Shown here: piece by piece, positions 23,484-34,970 of the stretch
Position numbering within the stretch: the stretch's first letter is position 1
Layout: each line of letters begins with the position of its first letter
DNA from: an uncultured Actinomycetes bacterium
GTDB lineage: Bacteria > Actinomycetota > Acidimicrobiia > IMCC26256 > PALSA-610
Reading direction: 5' to 3'
Length of the DNA: 64,000 nucleotides
Assembly: GCA_963829195.1 (NCBI GenBank)
Contig: CAWHHS010000006.1
Location: 726,510 to 790,509 of the forward strand
Program-made: the position numbers and the translations under genes
Notes under the pieces: generated by a model
Told to the model about the DNA's origin: nothing
Database searches by the model: none
What the model saw: only the letters and a program-made list of their open reading frames with translations

Positions 23484-24869
23484 ATGAGCGACGAGGACGC
23501 GCTCATGTGGAACATCGAGAAGGACCCGATCCTCCGCTCGACGATCGTCGCGGTCGCGCTGCTCGACTCCGTCCCGGACTGGGAGCGGCTCCGCCGCCGG
23601 ATCGACATCACGACGTGCTTCATCCCGAGGTTGCGCCAGCGGGTCGTGTCGCCGCCGTTCCGTATCGCGCCGCCGCGCTGGATGGCCGAACCGAGCTTCG
23701 ATCTCGACTTCCACCTCCGGCGTGTCCGCCTGGCCGGGCCGCGGAACGTTGCGGGCGTTGTTCGACGCGCTGCAGCCGATCGCGACGACGAGCTTCGACC
23801 GGGCCCGACCGCTGTGGGAGTTCACGCTCTTCGAGGGGCTCGACGGTCCCGACGGCGAACGCGCGGCGATCGCGATGAAGGTGCATCATTCGGTCACCGA
23901 CGGCGTCGGCGGCATGCAGCTGCTCGCCCGCTTCGTCGACCTCACCCCCGACGCGCCCGACGTCGCCGACCACGACGATCCCCGCCGCGATCGCGCCCGA
24001 GGACGCGCGGATGCTCGAAGTGCTGTGGGAGTCGATCGCGCACACGCGCCGCCGCGCGCTCGGGATCGCGTCCACGCATCCCGGCGGAGCGTCGTCCGCA
24101 CCGCGGTGCGTACGCGTTCGCGACCCGATCGGGACGGGTACCGACGTCGTGCGCACGACCCGGTCGATCGCGCGCACGCTCGCGCCCGGCGACGAGCCCG
24201 ATGTCGACGCTCATGCTCCGGCGCGGGCTCGGCCGGCGACTCGAGGCGTTCGACGTGTCGCTCGACGAGATGCGCCGCGTGGCCAAGGAGTGCGACGGCA
24301 GCCTCAACGACGTGTTCGTCGCCTCGGTGATCGGCGGGGTGCGCCGCTATCACGAACGCCACGGCGCGGCGCCGATCGAGCTGCGCATGACCCTGCCGAT
24401 CAACCTGCGCCAGGGCGACGACGACGCGGGCGGCAACCGGTTCGCGCCCGGCCCGGTTCCCCGTCCCGACCGGCATCGAAGATCCGCGGGCCCGCATCGC
24501 CGCGCTCGGCGACCTGATCCGCGAATGGCGGGCCGAGCCCGCGCTCCAGATGACGAGCATGCTCGCCGGAATCCTCAACCGGCTCCCGACCGCGACGACG
24601 ACCGCGTTGTTCGGCGGGATGCTCAAGTGCTGCGACTTCGTGACCTCGAACGTTCCGGGCGCGCCCGTCGCGGTGTACCTCGCGGGCGCGGGCGTCGAGC
24701 GCATGTACGCGTTCGCCCCGCCCGCCGGCGCCGCGTTCAACGTCACCCTGATCTCGCACTGCGGCACCTGCTGTATCGGCGTCGTCGTCGACACGACCGC
24801 GGTGCCCGACCCCGACGTCCTGCTCGGCTGCCTGCGCCGGGATTCGAGGAGGTCCTCGCTCTGGCCTGA
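23484..24869 (+). CDS. Wax ester synthase / diacylglycerol acyltransferase (WS/DGAT) family. Three or more frame changes.
   Basis: MSDEDALMWNIEKDPILRSTIVAVALLD...; active-site motif HHSVTDGVGG; C-terminal SMLAGILNRLPTATTTALFGGMLKCCDFVTSNVPGAPVAVYLAGAGVERMYAFAPPAGAAFNVTLISHCGTCCIGVVVD. Confidence 0.75.
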   Translation: MSDEDALMWNIEKDPILRSTIVAVALLDSVPDWERLRRRIDITTCFIPRLRQRVVSPPFRIAPPRWMAEPSFDLDFHLRRVRLAGPRNVAGVVRRAAADRDDELRPGPTAVGVHALRGARRSRRRTRGDRDEGASFGHRRRRRHAAARPLRRPHPRRARRRRPRRSPPRSRPRTRGCSKCCGSRSRTRAAARSGSRPRIPAERRPHRGAYAFATRSGRVPTSCARPGRSRARSRPATSPMSTLMLRRGLGRRLEAFDVSLDEMRRVAKECDGSLNDVFVASVIGGVRRYHERHGAAPIELRMTLPINLRQGDDDAGGNRFAPGPVPRPDRHRRSAGPHRRARRPDPRMAGRARAPDDEHARRNPQPAPDRDDDRVVRRDAQVLRLRDLERSGRARRGVPRGRGRRAHVRVRPARRRRVQRHPDLALRHLLYRRRRRHDRGARPRRPARLPAPGFEEVLALA

Positions 24870-24884
24870 CCGTAGAGTTGGGGC

Positions 24885-26010
<1,126 letters not shown>

Positions 26011-26014
26011 CCGC

Positions 26015-26719
26015 ATGCTCCTGTTGCACGAGGTTCACACCGTCGCCGGCCGCCACGAGGACGAGTTCGAGTCGGCGTTCCGGTCGGGTTTCCTGCCATC
26101 GGTCGCCGACGACGGCGACGCCCGACTCCTCTACTACCTGAAGCTCGCGCACGGCACCGGACGCGCGTACCACCACACCACCATCACTGCGTTCTCGGAC
26201 GGCGCCGCGTACGAGCGGCTCGCCCGGCGCATCCAGTCCGGCGACCTGCGTTCGTGGGCGGCCGACGTCGACGGCATGCGCCGCGAGGTCAAGGGCAAGC
26301 TGTTGCTCCCCGTCGACTGGTCGCCGCTGCGCGACATCGATCTCGCAACGGTTCCGACCGACGGCCGCGAGCACGACGCCGCGCTCTACATGGAGGACAG
26401 CGCGTGGCCCTACGAGGGCAAGCTCGACACCTACCTCGAAAAGGCGCGCACGCACTACGCGCCGAGTCTCGAGCAACGGTCCGAGCGGTCACTGCTCACG
26501 TTGCTCGCGGTGTTCCAGGCCGCGCTGGGCGCGCCCCGGCGGCGCGAGGTGATCCTCTGGCAGCGCGTCGACTTCCCGGAACGGCTTCCCGGGCTGTTCA
26601 CACGTGAACTTCCCGCGCACGTGAAGGGTCCGGGCACGTGGATGCACGACGCGCTCGAGGTCCGCGACGACTGGGAGAGCCGCCTGCTCCGGAGCGCGAC
26701 CTGGTCGCCGCTCGGCTGA
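26015..26719 (+). CDS. Conserved hypothetical protein (Rv0883c-like position next to serC).
   Basis: Intact 234-aa ORF, MLLLHEVHTVAGRHEDEFESAFRSGFLPS...; codon usage consistent with the rest of the window. Confidence 0.55.
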   Translation: MLLLHEVHTVAGRHEDEFESAFRSGFLPSVADDGDARLLYYLKLAHGTGRAYHHTTITAFSDGAAYERLARRIQSGDLRSWAADVDGMRREVKGKLLLPVDWSPLRDIDLATVPTDGREHDAALYMEDSAWPYEGKLDTYLEKARTHYAPSLEQRSERSLLTLLAVFQAALGAPRRREVILWQRVDFPERLPGLFTRELPAHVKGPGTWMHDALEVRDDWESRLLRSATWSPLG

Positions 26720-26764
26720 GCCGGCCGTTCGCCCGGTGGTCGGGAACGACGCTTCGAACCGGAA

Positions 26765-27629
26765 CTACGAGAGCTTGCTCGGGTAGGGACCGCTCGTTGC
26801 GGTTCCGCCGAGTGTGCCGCCGAGGTTCGGGCACTCGCCGCTGAACAGGCCCCATGTGCACGTGATGTCGGGGGCGACCCAGGCGTGCACCATCCAGATG
26901 TCGGTGAGGAGCGTCTTGTGCCCACCCATCGCCGCGCACTGCTGGCGGGTCGATTCCTCACCGGCGACGACGACCTGGCCCTTCAGGCACAGTCCGCCGT
27001 TGGCGTTGTGCTGGTGCCAGCGGTCGTTCGGGCCCGCGAATCCCGGCGGCGGGCCGCCCGGGTGCCACACGAGGTAGCTGAGGCCGACGATCTTCGCGTC
27101 GGGCGTCGTCCCGGCGTACAGCAACTCCGACGGGTGCGCGGGGTCGAACTGCGAGGTGAAACCGATGTTCGTGTAGTGCGCGCCGATGCAGGGCACGTAC
27201 ACGGTCGACATCCGGTACCCGGCCGCGACCGCTTCCTTCACCGTCGGGAATTCCTTGACGACCGTCTTCGCGGCCGCGAGCTGCGCGTTGAGCGCCGTCT
27301 GCTCGGCTGCGGTCAGCGGGAGCTGCTTGACCGGGCCCCGCCCGCCGTGCTCTTCGGCCGCGACCTGGGCCGCGCTCGTCACCGCGGAACTCCCGCCCGC
27401 ACCGGCGCCCACCTCACCGGGGGAAGCCGGCGTCGGCGCCGCCTCCTCGCACGGGGTCTTCGCCGCCGTCGTCTGCACATTGGCCGCCGGCTTGGCGGTC
27501 GTGGTCGGGGCGGACCCGGCCGACTTGCCACTCGATCCACCGCAACCGGCGAGCGCGATCGGCGAGAAGGGCGATGCCCAACGCGGCCGTCGGGACGCCG
27601 GATCGAGCTGTGCCGAATCGAGACTTCAT
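26765..27629 (-). CDS. Hypothetical secreted lipoprotein. Frameshifted near the N-terminus.
   Basis: MKSRFGTARSGVPTAALGIA....IALAGCGG (lipobox)...TTTAKPAANVQTTAAKTPCEE then the 237-aa ORF with VYVPCIGAHYTNIGF...HAWVAPDITCTWGLFSGECP. Confidence 0.5.
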
Positions 27630-27727
27630 GGATCCCCCCGGGAACGCGACTGCGGCCATGGTACGACCTCGACCGCCACGGGGCCCGGCGGCGCCCGGCC
27701 GGTGCCCGGTGGGCTTCGGCCCGAGCG

Positions 27728-27979
27728 CTACTCCGGGCCGGCGAGCCCCGTCTCCGCGAGCAGGACCCGCCGCGGGCCGGAGGGCAGATCCGCGGACAGC
27801 GCGACCGGCTCGGACGCGTACGCGCGGCGGTTGCGCCAACGGGTCGCGCCGTACGCCGACAGCGCGACCAGACCGGACGCGCCGACGAGCGGAACGGCGG
27901 CGTCGGCGAACAGCCGGGTCAGGCCGACCACGACCACCGCCCACACCGCGAGCATCGCCACGATTCGAAATCTCAACAT
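27728..27979 (-). CDS. Small hypothetical membrane protein, about 83 aa.
   Basis: MLRFRIVAMLAVWAVVVVGLTRLFADAAVPLVGASGLVALSAYGATRW shows two predicted TM helices. Weak support. Confidence 0.3.
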   Translation of the reverse strand: MLRFRIVAMLAVWAVVVVGLTRLFADAAVPLVGASGLVALSAYGATRWRNRRAYASEPVALSADLPSGPRRVLLAETGLAGPE

Positions 27980-28062
27980 CGCCTCCGGCCGTCGACTCCG
28001 CAGTCCCATCGGACGGGCGCGGGCGCACCTGAGCGACGCGACCGCGACGCCGGTGGGGTCGT

Positions 28063-29226
28063 TTACGACGGGACGCAGTTCGCGGCGCGACTCGCGATCG
28101 CGGTCGTTCGCCGCCACTGCCGGATCTCGTGCTGGTCGAGTCCGTTCGTGAGGTAACAGAACGACAACCCGGTCGCGGGATCGGCCCACGCGATCTGCCC
28201 ACCGGCACCGTTGTGCCCGAAGGCGCGGGCCGACACGGTATGGCCCATGCCGCGCGCGGCGGAACGGCCGTCGTCGCCCGCGATGACCAGCCCGAGCGAG
28301 CGGTTCGCCGGCGTTCCCATGTGGTCGGGGAGATGGTTGCGTACGTACGCGGTCACGTCGGCCAGGACCTCGGGCTTCCAGATACCGGTCGGGTCGGCGA
28401 GCAGCGCCTGGTAGTAGAGGGCGAGGTCGGCCGCGGTCGAGACGCCGCCGCCGCCCGGCACGCCGACCGCGCGCACCGCGGGTTCGTTGAACGACATCAA
28501 CGCGTCGGGCGTGACCTCCGACAACGGCAGCGCGCGCACGCCGATCGCCGCTTCGAGCTCGTCGGGCGTCGCCGCCTCCCCGGTGAGGACGAGGTCGTTG
28601 ATGTCACCTTGCTGCGCGACCGGGACTCCGACCTGCAGTCCGGGGAGGCCGAGCGGCTCGAGGATGCGCTCCCGCACGAACACCCGGAAATCGGAGCCCG
28701 AACAACGTTCGATGATCTCCGCGAGCACCCAGTGCGCGGACGTGGGGTGATACTCGAAGCGGGATCCGGGTTCCCAGTTGCAGCGCCAGCTCGAGAACCG
28801 TTGCAGCCGGCGTTCACGGTCGTCCCAGTCGAGCGCGGCGAACGGCGCGCGTGGGAAGCCCGACGTGTGCAACATGACCTGCTGGACGGTGATCGCGTCC
28901 TTGCCGTTCGGCGCGAACTCCGGGACGATCTCCGCGACGGGGCGCGTCACGTCGAGCAGACCTTCGCCCATGAGGATCCACACCGCGCCCGCGATCACGG
29001 CCTTCGTCGCGGAGAAGATCACGTAGCGCGACTCCACCGGCGCCGCGCCGAACGCGCGCCACACCGCGATGCGGCCGTCCCGCGCGAGCGCGATCTGGCA
29101 GGACGGGAGCCGGCCGGCGTCGACGTCTTGCTGCACCCGGGCGCAGAGTGCGTCCAGCGCGTCGGGATCGACTCCGAGCTCGGCGGGATCCGCGGCGGGC
29201 AGGCGGTCGAACGGAGCCGTGGTCAT
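28063..29226 (-). CDS. Serine hydrolase of the beta-lactamase / transpeptidase-like superfamily (class C / esterase EstB-like).
   Basis: SxxK motif FSATKAV; YHPTSAHWVL; HNGAGGQIAWADP. Intact, 387 aa. Confidence 0.85.
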   Translation of the reverse strand: MTTAPFDRLPAADPAELGVDPDALDALCARVQQDVDAGRLPSCQIALARDGRIAVWRAFGAAPVESRYVIFSATKAVIAGAVWILMGEGLLDVTRPVAEIVPEFAPNGKDAITVQQVMLHTSGFPRAPFAALDWDDRERRLQRFSSWRCNWEPGSRFEYHPTSAHWVLAEIIERCSGSDFRVFVRERILEPLGLPGLQVGVPVAQQGDINDLVLTGEAATPDELEAAIGVRALPLSEVTPDALMSFNEPAVRAVGVPGGGGVSTAADLALYYQALLADPTGIWKPEVLADVTAYVRNHLPDHMGTPANRSLGLVIAGDDGRSAARGMGHTVSARAFGHNGAGGQIAWADPATGLSFCYLTNGLDQHEIRQWRRTTAIASRAANCVPS

Positions 29227-29331
29227 CGGCGGCCGATGCTACGACCGCGCCCGGGAGCCGACAACGTCGGTGCGCCCCGCACGCGGGCCCGAGGTTGCGG
29301 GCGGTTCGGGCCGGGACGGAGACTGCGCCTC

Positions 29332-30532
29332 ATGGACTTCAACGACACTCCCGAAGAGGCAGCATGGCGCGAGGAATTCCGCGCCTGGCTCGAGGAGAAC
29401 GCGCCGAAGGTCGCGGGCCGGCCGCCCGAACACGACATGGAGATCGGCGGCGGCGACTATCTCGAGCGCGCCAAGCGCTGGCAGGCCATGAAGTTCGACG
29501 CCGGACTCGCCCGCATCACCTGGGAGCCCGAATACGGCGGCCGCAACGGATCTACGGTGCAGCAGATCATCTTCGGCCAGGAGGAGTCGCGCTTCCCGGT
29601 TCCGAACGAGGCGTTCGTCATCGGTCTCGGCATGATCGCGCCGACCCTGCGCGCGGTCGGCGCGCGCGGCGCAGAAGGAGCGCTACCTCACCAAGCTGTT
29701 GCGCGGTGAGGAGATCTGGTCGCAACTCTTCAGCGAGCCGGGGGCCGGCTCCGACGTCGCGTCGCTCTCGACGACCGCGACGCGCGACGGCGACGAGTGG
29801 GTGATCAACGGCCAGAAGGTGTGGACGTCGGGCGCGCAGTTCTCGGATTTCGGCGAGATCGTCTGCCGCACCAACCCGGACGCGGAGAAGCACAAGGGCA
29901 TCACCGCTTTCATCGTCGACATGCGCGCGCCGGGTGTCACGATCAAACCGCTCAAGCAGATGAACGGCGGCTCCGGCTTCAACGAGGTGTTCTTCGACGA
30001 CGTACGCGTCCCCCACGATCACGTGCTCGGCGACGTCAACGAGGGTTGGACCGTCGCCATCACCACGTTGATGAACGAGCGGGTCGCGATCGGCTCCGGC
30101 GGCGGTGGCGGTGGCCGGGGCACCGTGCACAGCCTGATCTCGCTCGCGCAGCAGCGCGGCACCAACGCCGACCCGCGTGTGCGTCAGCAGCTCGCCGACC
30201 TCTACACGAAGACGCGCATCCAGAAGTTCCTGTCGATGCGCACGCTCACGGCCGCGACGAAAGGGAAGGTGCCCGGTCCGGAAGGCTCGATCGGCAAGCT
30301 TCTCGGCGGCCGGATCATGACCCAGCTCGGAGAGCTCACGGTCTCGCTCGCCGGTCCCGACGCCATCGCCGGCGACACGCGGTTCGCGCAAGCGCTGCTC
30401 GGTGCACCGGCGGGACACATCGCGGGCGGTTCCGACGAGGTGATGAAGAACATCATCGGCGAGCGCGTGCTGGGACTGCCCGGCGAGCCTCGACCCGACA
30501 AGGGCGTCGCATGGCGGGACGTCCCGCGCTGA
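29332..30532 (+). CDS. Acyl-CoA dehydrogenase (FadE family). One frame change near 29660.
   Basis: MDFNDTPEEAAWREEFRAWLEENAP...WQAMKFDAGLARITWEPEYGG...SQLFSEPGAGSDVASLSTTATRDGDEWVINGQKVWTSGAQFSDFG...EVMKNIIGERVLGLP. Confidence 0.85.
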
Positions 30533-30682
30533 GGCGAACGCCGGGCCAATCGCTCAAGATTCGGACGCCGTTCTGCCGTTACCGGATGTGAACGTTGTAA
30601 CAACCACGCTGAGGGGCTCACAGCGGCGCGTACCAACCGTTGGTCGCGCTACGACCGTGTCGAACAAGGACGGTCGGGAAGG

Positions 30683-31243
30683 TTGGCCCACATGCGTGCA
30701 GTGCTCCGAGGCGGCGTCCGGCGGCGCCTCGCAACGATCTCCGTCGTCGCCGTCATCGGCATCGCCACGGCCGGCGTCGGTCTCACCTCGGCGTCGGCGG
30801 ACGAAGGCCACGACTCCCACCACGTCCCCGAACAGCACACGTGGTGCATCCCAGTGAGCTTCTTCGAGCACGGGCACTTCCACTTCGACATGCGCTGGTT
30901 CCACGGGTGGGAGCGCCGCTTCGACCACCGCTGGGGCTGGCTGATCTGCCAACCTCCGGCGACGACCACGACGACGGTCGCACCGCCGACGACGCAGCGT
31001 TCCACCACCACGACCGCGCAGCCGACGACCACCACGGCTGGGCCCGTGACCACGACGACCGCCGACCCGCCGACGACGGTGCCGGTCACGACCACCACCG
31101 CCGAACCCGTCACCACGACGACCGCCGACCCGCCGACGACCGTCGATCCGCCGACGACGACCACGACGGTTCCGACGTCGACGACCACCACCGAGCCGTG
31201 TCCCGGGCGGATCGTCAACGGCGTCTGCGTCTTCGTCGGGTAG
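30683..31243 (+). CDS. Secreted protein with a His/Trp-rich N-terminal domain and a Thr/Pro-rich tandem-repeat C-terminus.
   Basis: Signal peptide; DEGHDSHHVPEQHTWCIPVSFFEHGHFHFDMRWFHGWERRFDHRWGWLIC, then repeats of TTTTADPPTTVPV-like units. Ends ...EPCPGRIVNGVCVFVG. Confidence 0.6.
   Translation: MAHMRAVLRGGVRRRLATISVVAVIGIATAGVGLTSASADEGHDSHHVPEQHTWCIPVSFFEHGHFHFDMRWFHGWERRFDHRWGWLICQPPATTTTTVAPPTTQRSTTTTAQPTTTTAGPVTTTTADPPTTVPVTTTTAEPVTTTTADPPTTVDPPTTTTTVPTSTTTTEPCPGRIVNGVCVFVG
30960..31190 (+). repeat. Coding tandem repeats (ACC/ACG-rich) encoding the PT-rich linker of the 30683..31243 protein.
   Basis: Visible repetition of accacgacgaccgccgacccgccgacgacg units. Confidence 0.55.
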
Positions 31244-31268
31244 CACCTTCTCGGGCGGCCCGGACGGG

Positions 31269-33312
31269 TCAGTGCGCCGGCATCTCCACGTCGGGCCCGG
31301 GCCCGACGGCCGCGACCTCCGGCTCGGCGTCGACGGCGGGCCGGTGCCCGTTCGTGCCGTTGCCGCCGGTACCCAACGTGCGCATCAACGTCGCGGCCAG
31401 GCCTTCGATGGCCCCGCCGCCGCCCGCGACCAACACCTCCGGCACGACGGTGATGTGACCGTCGGCGACGGCGTTCGCCACCGCGACGAGCGCGGTCGCG
31501 GTCTGGCCGAGCGCTTCGGTCTGGGCCTGGAAGCCGGCCGCCCGGGCGAGACCCAACGCCTCGGTCGCCTTCGCCTCCGCGAGACCGATCGCCTGCGTCT
31601 TCGAGGCCTCGGCCTCACCGGTCAACCGCACGAACGCAGCCTCACCACGCGCCTGCGCCTCGCGGGCCTGCGCCTCGTTGTTCTTGATGTCGATGCCGAC
31701 GGCCGACTGCGCGAGTTGGGCCTGCATGTCGGCCGTTCCCTTCGCCTTCTCGCGTTCGATGCGCGCGATCTCGGCGCGCTCCTCCTCCGCGTAGGTCGTC
31801 TTCTCCTGGTTCGCGATCTCGCGCTGGGTCAACACCTCGACGAGCGCACCCGGGAACTCGACGTCCTGGATGTAGACGCCGCGCGTCTCGACGTCGTACG
31901 CGGCGAGGTACGCGCGGATCGCGTCGAGCGCGCTCGCCTGCACCTCGGGGCGGGTCTCGATGAACCGGACGGCTTCGAGGTTCTGGATCGTGTTGCGGAA
32001 GTGGTTCCCGACCGCGGCCTGCAGGACCTCGTTGACGAGGTTCTGCATGGTGCCGACCATGGAGATGACCTTCGGCGCGCGGGTGTCGGGGACGTGGATC
32101 TGCACCTGCAGGTCGATCTTGAACACGAAGCCCTCACGGCTCTTGGCCTCGATCGGTGACAAGTGCGCGTCGAGGTTGTGCGCGGTCGACACCGCTTCCG
32201 CCCAGTTCAACGTCAGGATCGACGTCGGGACGATCTCCGCCGCGTACACGCGCGGGTTGATCGGGTACTTGCCGGTGCGGAGCGGTTCACTCCAGATGCC
32301 GCGGTGACCGGGGTGCACGATCGAGCCGAACTTGAACTCCGCGCCCGACGTGTCGAGTGTCGGGAGCCCGACGTAGGCCTTGATGACCGCGACCTCGCCC
32401 TGGTTGACGATCAGCATCGGGACCATCTCGACGCGTGTGAGGAACGGGTTCAAGAGGTAAGCGCCGTAGAGCAACGGGTCGTGTTGCAGGCCGATGTGGC
32501 CGCCCGCCTCCAGGAACTTCTGGAAGTCCTGATAGTTGTTGTGCAGGTCGTTCTTCGAGCCCATCAGCACCTCGATGACCTCGGAGTCCTGGAGCGCCTC
32601 GGCCCCCTGCTCCATACGCGCGATGTCGTCGTAACCACCGAGACGGCTCGCGATGTCGCCCGACGGCAGGGGCGGTCCTTCGAGCGTCGTGACGATGCCG
32701 ATCATGTCCTGCGGACCGCGCGGCGCGATCACGACGACCTGGAGTTGCTCGGGCGTGAGCCCGAACGAGTCGGGGCGAAGGACGCCGCCCGTCGCGCGCG
32801 GCGCGCTCGGACACGTCGGGCGAGACGGGGAGCCCGTAGACCTTGCGGGACGTGACGACGAGGAATGCGACGGGATGGATCGGCAGCAGCGTTCCCGGCG
32901 TGAGGACGGGGCGCTGCACACCCTTCTGGCCGCCGCCGTCGATGAACCGCTCGAGTTGGGAGAAGTTCTCGAACTCGGGTTTGTACGCGGCGCTCTTGGC
33001 GCCGATCGGCAACGGCGCGCCGACCTGCGCGATCACGACACCGATCTCCCCCGCAGGCACCTGCACCCACGGGAACTTCTTCACCCCGAACACCGGCCAG
33101 AGCTTGAAGCGCAGGCCTGGAGTGAGCAGTTCGGCCTGGTAGCCCGCTTCGCCGTGGAACGCGATCGGGTTGTCCGCAGGCAGTTTCTTGAACGAGAAGC
33201 GCTTCTGGACGAGCCCGACCTCGGTCGGGCCGATGGTGTGGAACGACTGCAACGCGACGATCACCACGACCGCGGCGACCACGACGACGAGAACGATCAT
33301 TGCGACGGACAC
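31269..33312 (-). CDS. Flotillin-like SPFH protein (YqiK/FloA family, about 680 aa). One frame change near 32800.
   Basis: N-terminal TM helix MIVLVVVVAAVVVIVAL, then TIGPTEVGLVQKRF. The SPFH domain and a long Ala/Glu-rich coiled coil are present (EEERAEIARIEREKAKGTADMQAQLAQSAVGIDIKNNEAQAREAQARGEAAF). Confidence 0.75.
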
Positions 33313-33585
33313 TCTCGATTCCCCTCCTGTGACTTCCCACGTCCGCCCCGGCCGGTCGGCCGGATGCGAGCGGGCGTCCGACCACGCATGGCCGGGTGTC
33401 TGAGCGGTGGATTGGGACGCCGCCAGGTCCCGTGTCGTCGTGTCCCGACGTCGCTCCCGACGATACGCCCGCCGCGCCCGAAGGGACGGGATTCGTACGT
33501 GCGCTTGACGGATTGTCGACCGGGTGACCGAGAAATCACCGAACGCGCTTCACGCCGGCGGGGGACCGGCCGCCGGTGCCGGTGA

Positions 33586-34164
33586 TCAGGCGCCGGTCCA
33601 GCACCCCATGATCGCTTCGGCGACGTTGATCGCGACGTTGCCGCGCGAGTCCGCGGGCACACCGAACTGGGCCGGCAGCTTCGTGATGTCGATCAGCAGG
33701 ATCTTGTAGTCCTTGCGCACGACCATCGACCCGTCCGCGACCTGGAATGCGCCCTGCCCGAGCCCCTGGATGTCCTTGGTCTTGTGCAGCTTGGTCGCGA
33801 GCGAGTCGAAGTACGCGGTCGTCTCCGCGGTGCTCGAGACCTCCTTGACCGACAACGTCATCTTCGCCCCGCCCGGGTAGACGTAGTCGCACGAGTACAC
33901 GTGGTCGACCCACGTGGGGTGGAACGGCACGATCGTGTGGACGCCGGTCGCCTGCTCGTAGATGTCGGTCACCGCTTCCTTCTCGCAGATCATCTTCGCC
34001 GACAACGACGGCACGTTCGACGCCTGCTTGGCGACGTGCACCGTCGTCGTCGGGCCGTTCGTGGTCGTCGGCGACGAGCCGGCCGAGTTCGACGAGCTGC
34101 CCCCGCATGCGGCGAGCACAAGGGCGAGCGAGACGGAAACGAGGAGGGCGGAACGGGTGCGCAC
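33586..34164 (-). CDS. Hypothetical lipoprotein.
   Basis: MRTRSALLVSVSLALVLAACGGSSS gives a lipobox. Intact, 192 aa. Confidence 0.55.
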   Translation of the reverse strand: MRTRSALLVSVSLALVLAACGGSSSNSAGSSPTTTNGPTTTVHVAKQASNVPSLSAKMICEKEAVTDIYEQATGVHTIVPFHPTWVDHVYSCDYVYPGGAKMTLSVKEVSSTAETTAYFDSLATKLHKTKDIQGLGQGAFQVADGSMVVRKDYKILLIDITKLPAQFGVPADSRGNVAINVAEAIMGCWTGA

Positions 34165-34247
34165 GGTGCGAGCGTACCGACCCGCCCGGCGTCGTGGAGA
34201 TCGCGTCCGGCTCGCGGTCGGCCTGGGCCCGGCGGTAGCGTGCGCGG

Positions 34248-34970
34248 GTGCGCCGGTTGGCCGTTCTCGCGCTGGTCTCGGCCTTCGCCACCGCCTCGCT
34301 CCTGGTCGTGGGGACCATGCCCGCGTCGGCCCACATCTGCCCGGTCGCCGTCGAGATCCCGGTCGCCGCCTCGTCGACGATCGACGTGGGGGTGACCGTC
34401 GAGGGTGGCGCCGTCCCGGACGTCGAGATCGACGTCCCGGCCGGGTTGACGCTCGACCGGGTCGACGCCAAGGCGGGCTGGACCGTCACCCGCACCGGCT
34501 CGACGTTGCGGTACCACGGCGGCCCGATCGCGGCCTTCACCTGTGAGTACTTCCCGCTCGTGGTCACGGCGCCGAGCCGCGGCTCGTTCGGTGTGACGGT
34601 CGTGCAGCGCGACGCCGCGGGCACGGTCGTCGCCCGTTCCGTTCCCGACCCGAACAGCACCGCCAGCCGGGTCCTCGACCAGTACGTCTACGCGGGGGTC
34701 AAGCCCCCGAAGGCGCCGAGCTCGTCGAAGGGCCTCTCGACCGCGACGCTCGCGGGCATCGCGCTGATCGGCGTGGGGGTCGTCGTGTTCTCGGCGCTCG
34801 TCGTCCGGGATCGGCGGCGCCGACGCGATGTCGTCGACGATGACCGGGTCGACGACGACGGCGACGAACACGGCGAGGGTCGCAGCGACGCGCGCGCTCG
34901 CGAGGAGGAGCTGCGGGCGCGCGTCGAACAGTTCAGGGCGCGGAAACCGGGCCCTCGCCCGCCGGGCTGA
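34248..34970 (+). CDS. YcnI-like (DUF1775) copper-binding protein with a C-terminal membrane anchor.
   Basis: Signal peptide ...MPASA then His as the first mature residue (HICPVAVEIPV). A beta-sandwich-like region, a C-terminal TM helix (LAGIALIGVGVVVFSALVV) and an acidic tail follow. Confidence 0.5.
   Translation: MRRLAVLALVSAFATASLLVVGTMPASAHICPVAVEIPVAASSTIDVGVTVEGGAVPDVEIDVPAGLTLDRVDAKAGWTVTRTGSTLRYHGGPIAAFTCEYFPLVVTAPSRGSFGVTVVQRDAAGTVVARSVPDPNSTASRVLDQYVYAGVKPPKAPSSSKGLSTATLAGIALIGVGVVVFSALVVRDRRRRRDVVDDDRVDDDGDEHGEGRSDARAREEELRARVEQFRARKPGPRPPG

Noticed and set aside
30960-31190. Short tandem DNA repeats that could suggest a CRISPR array or a variable-number tandem repeat (VNTR).
   Set aside because: The units are irregular and in-frame, encoding a Thr/Pro linker of a secreted protein. 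There are no spacer/repeat alternation and no cas genes.
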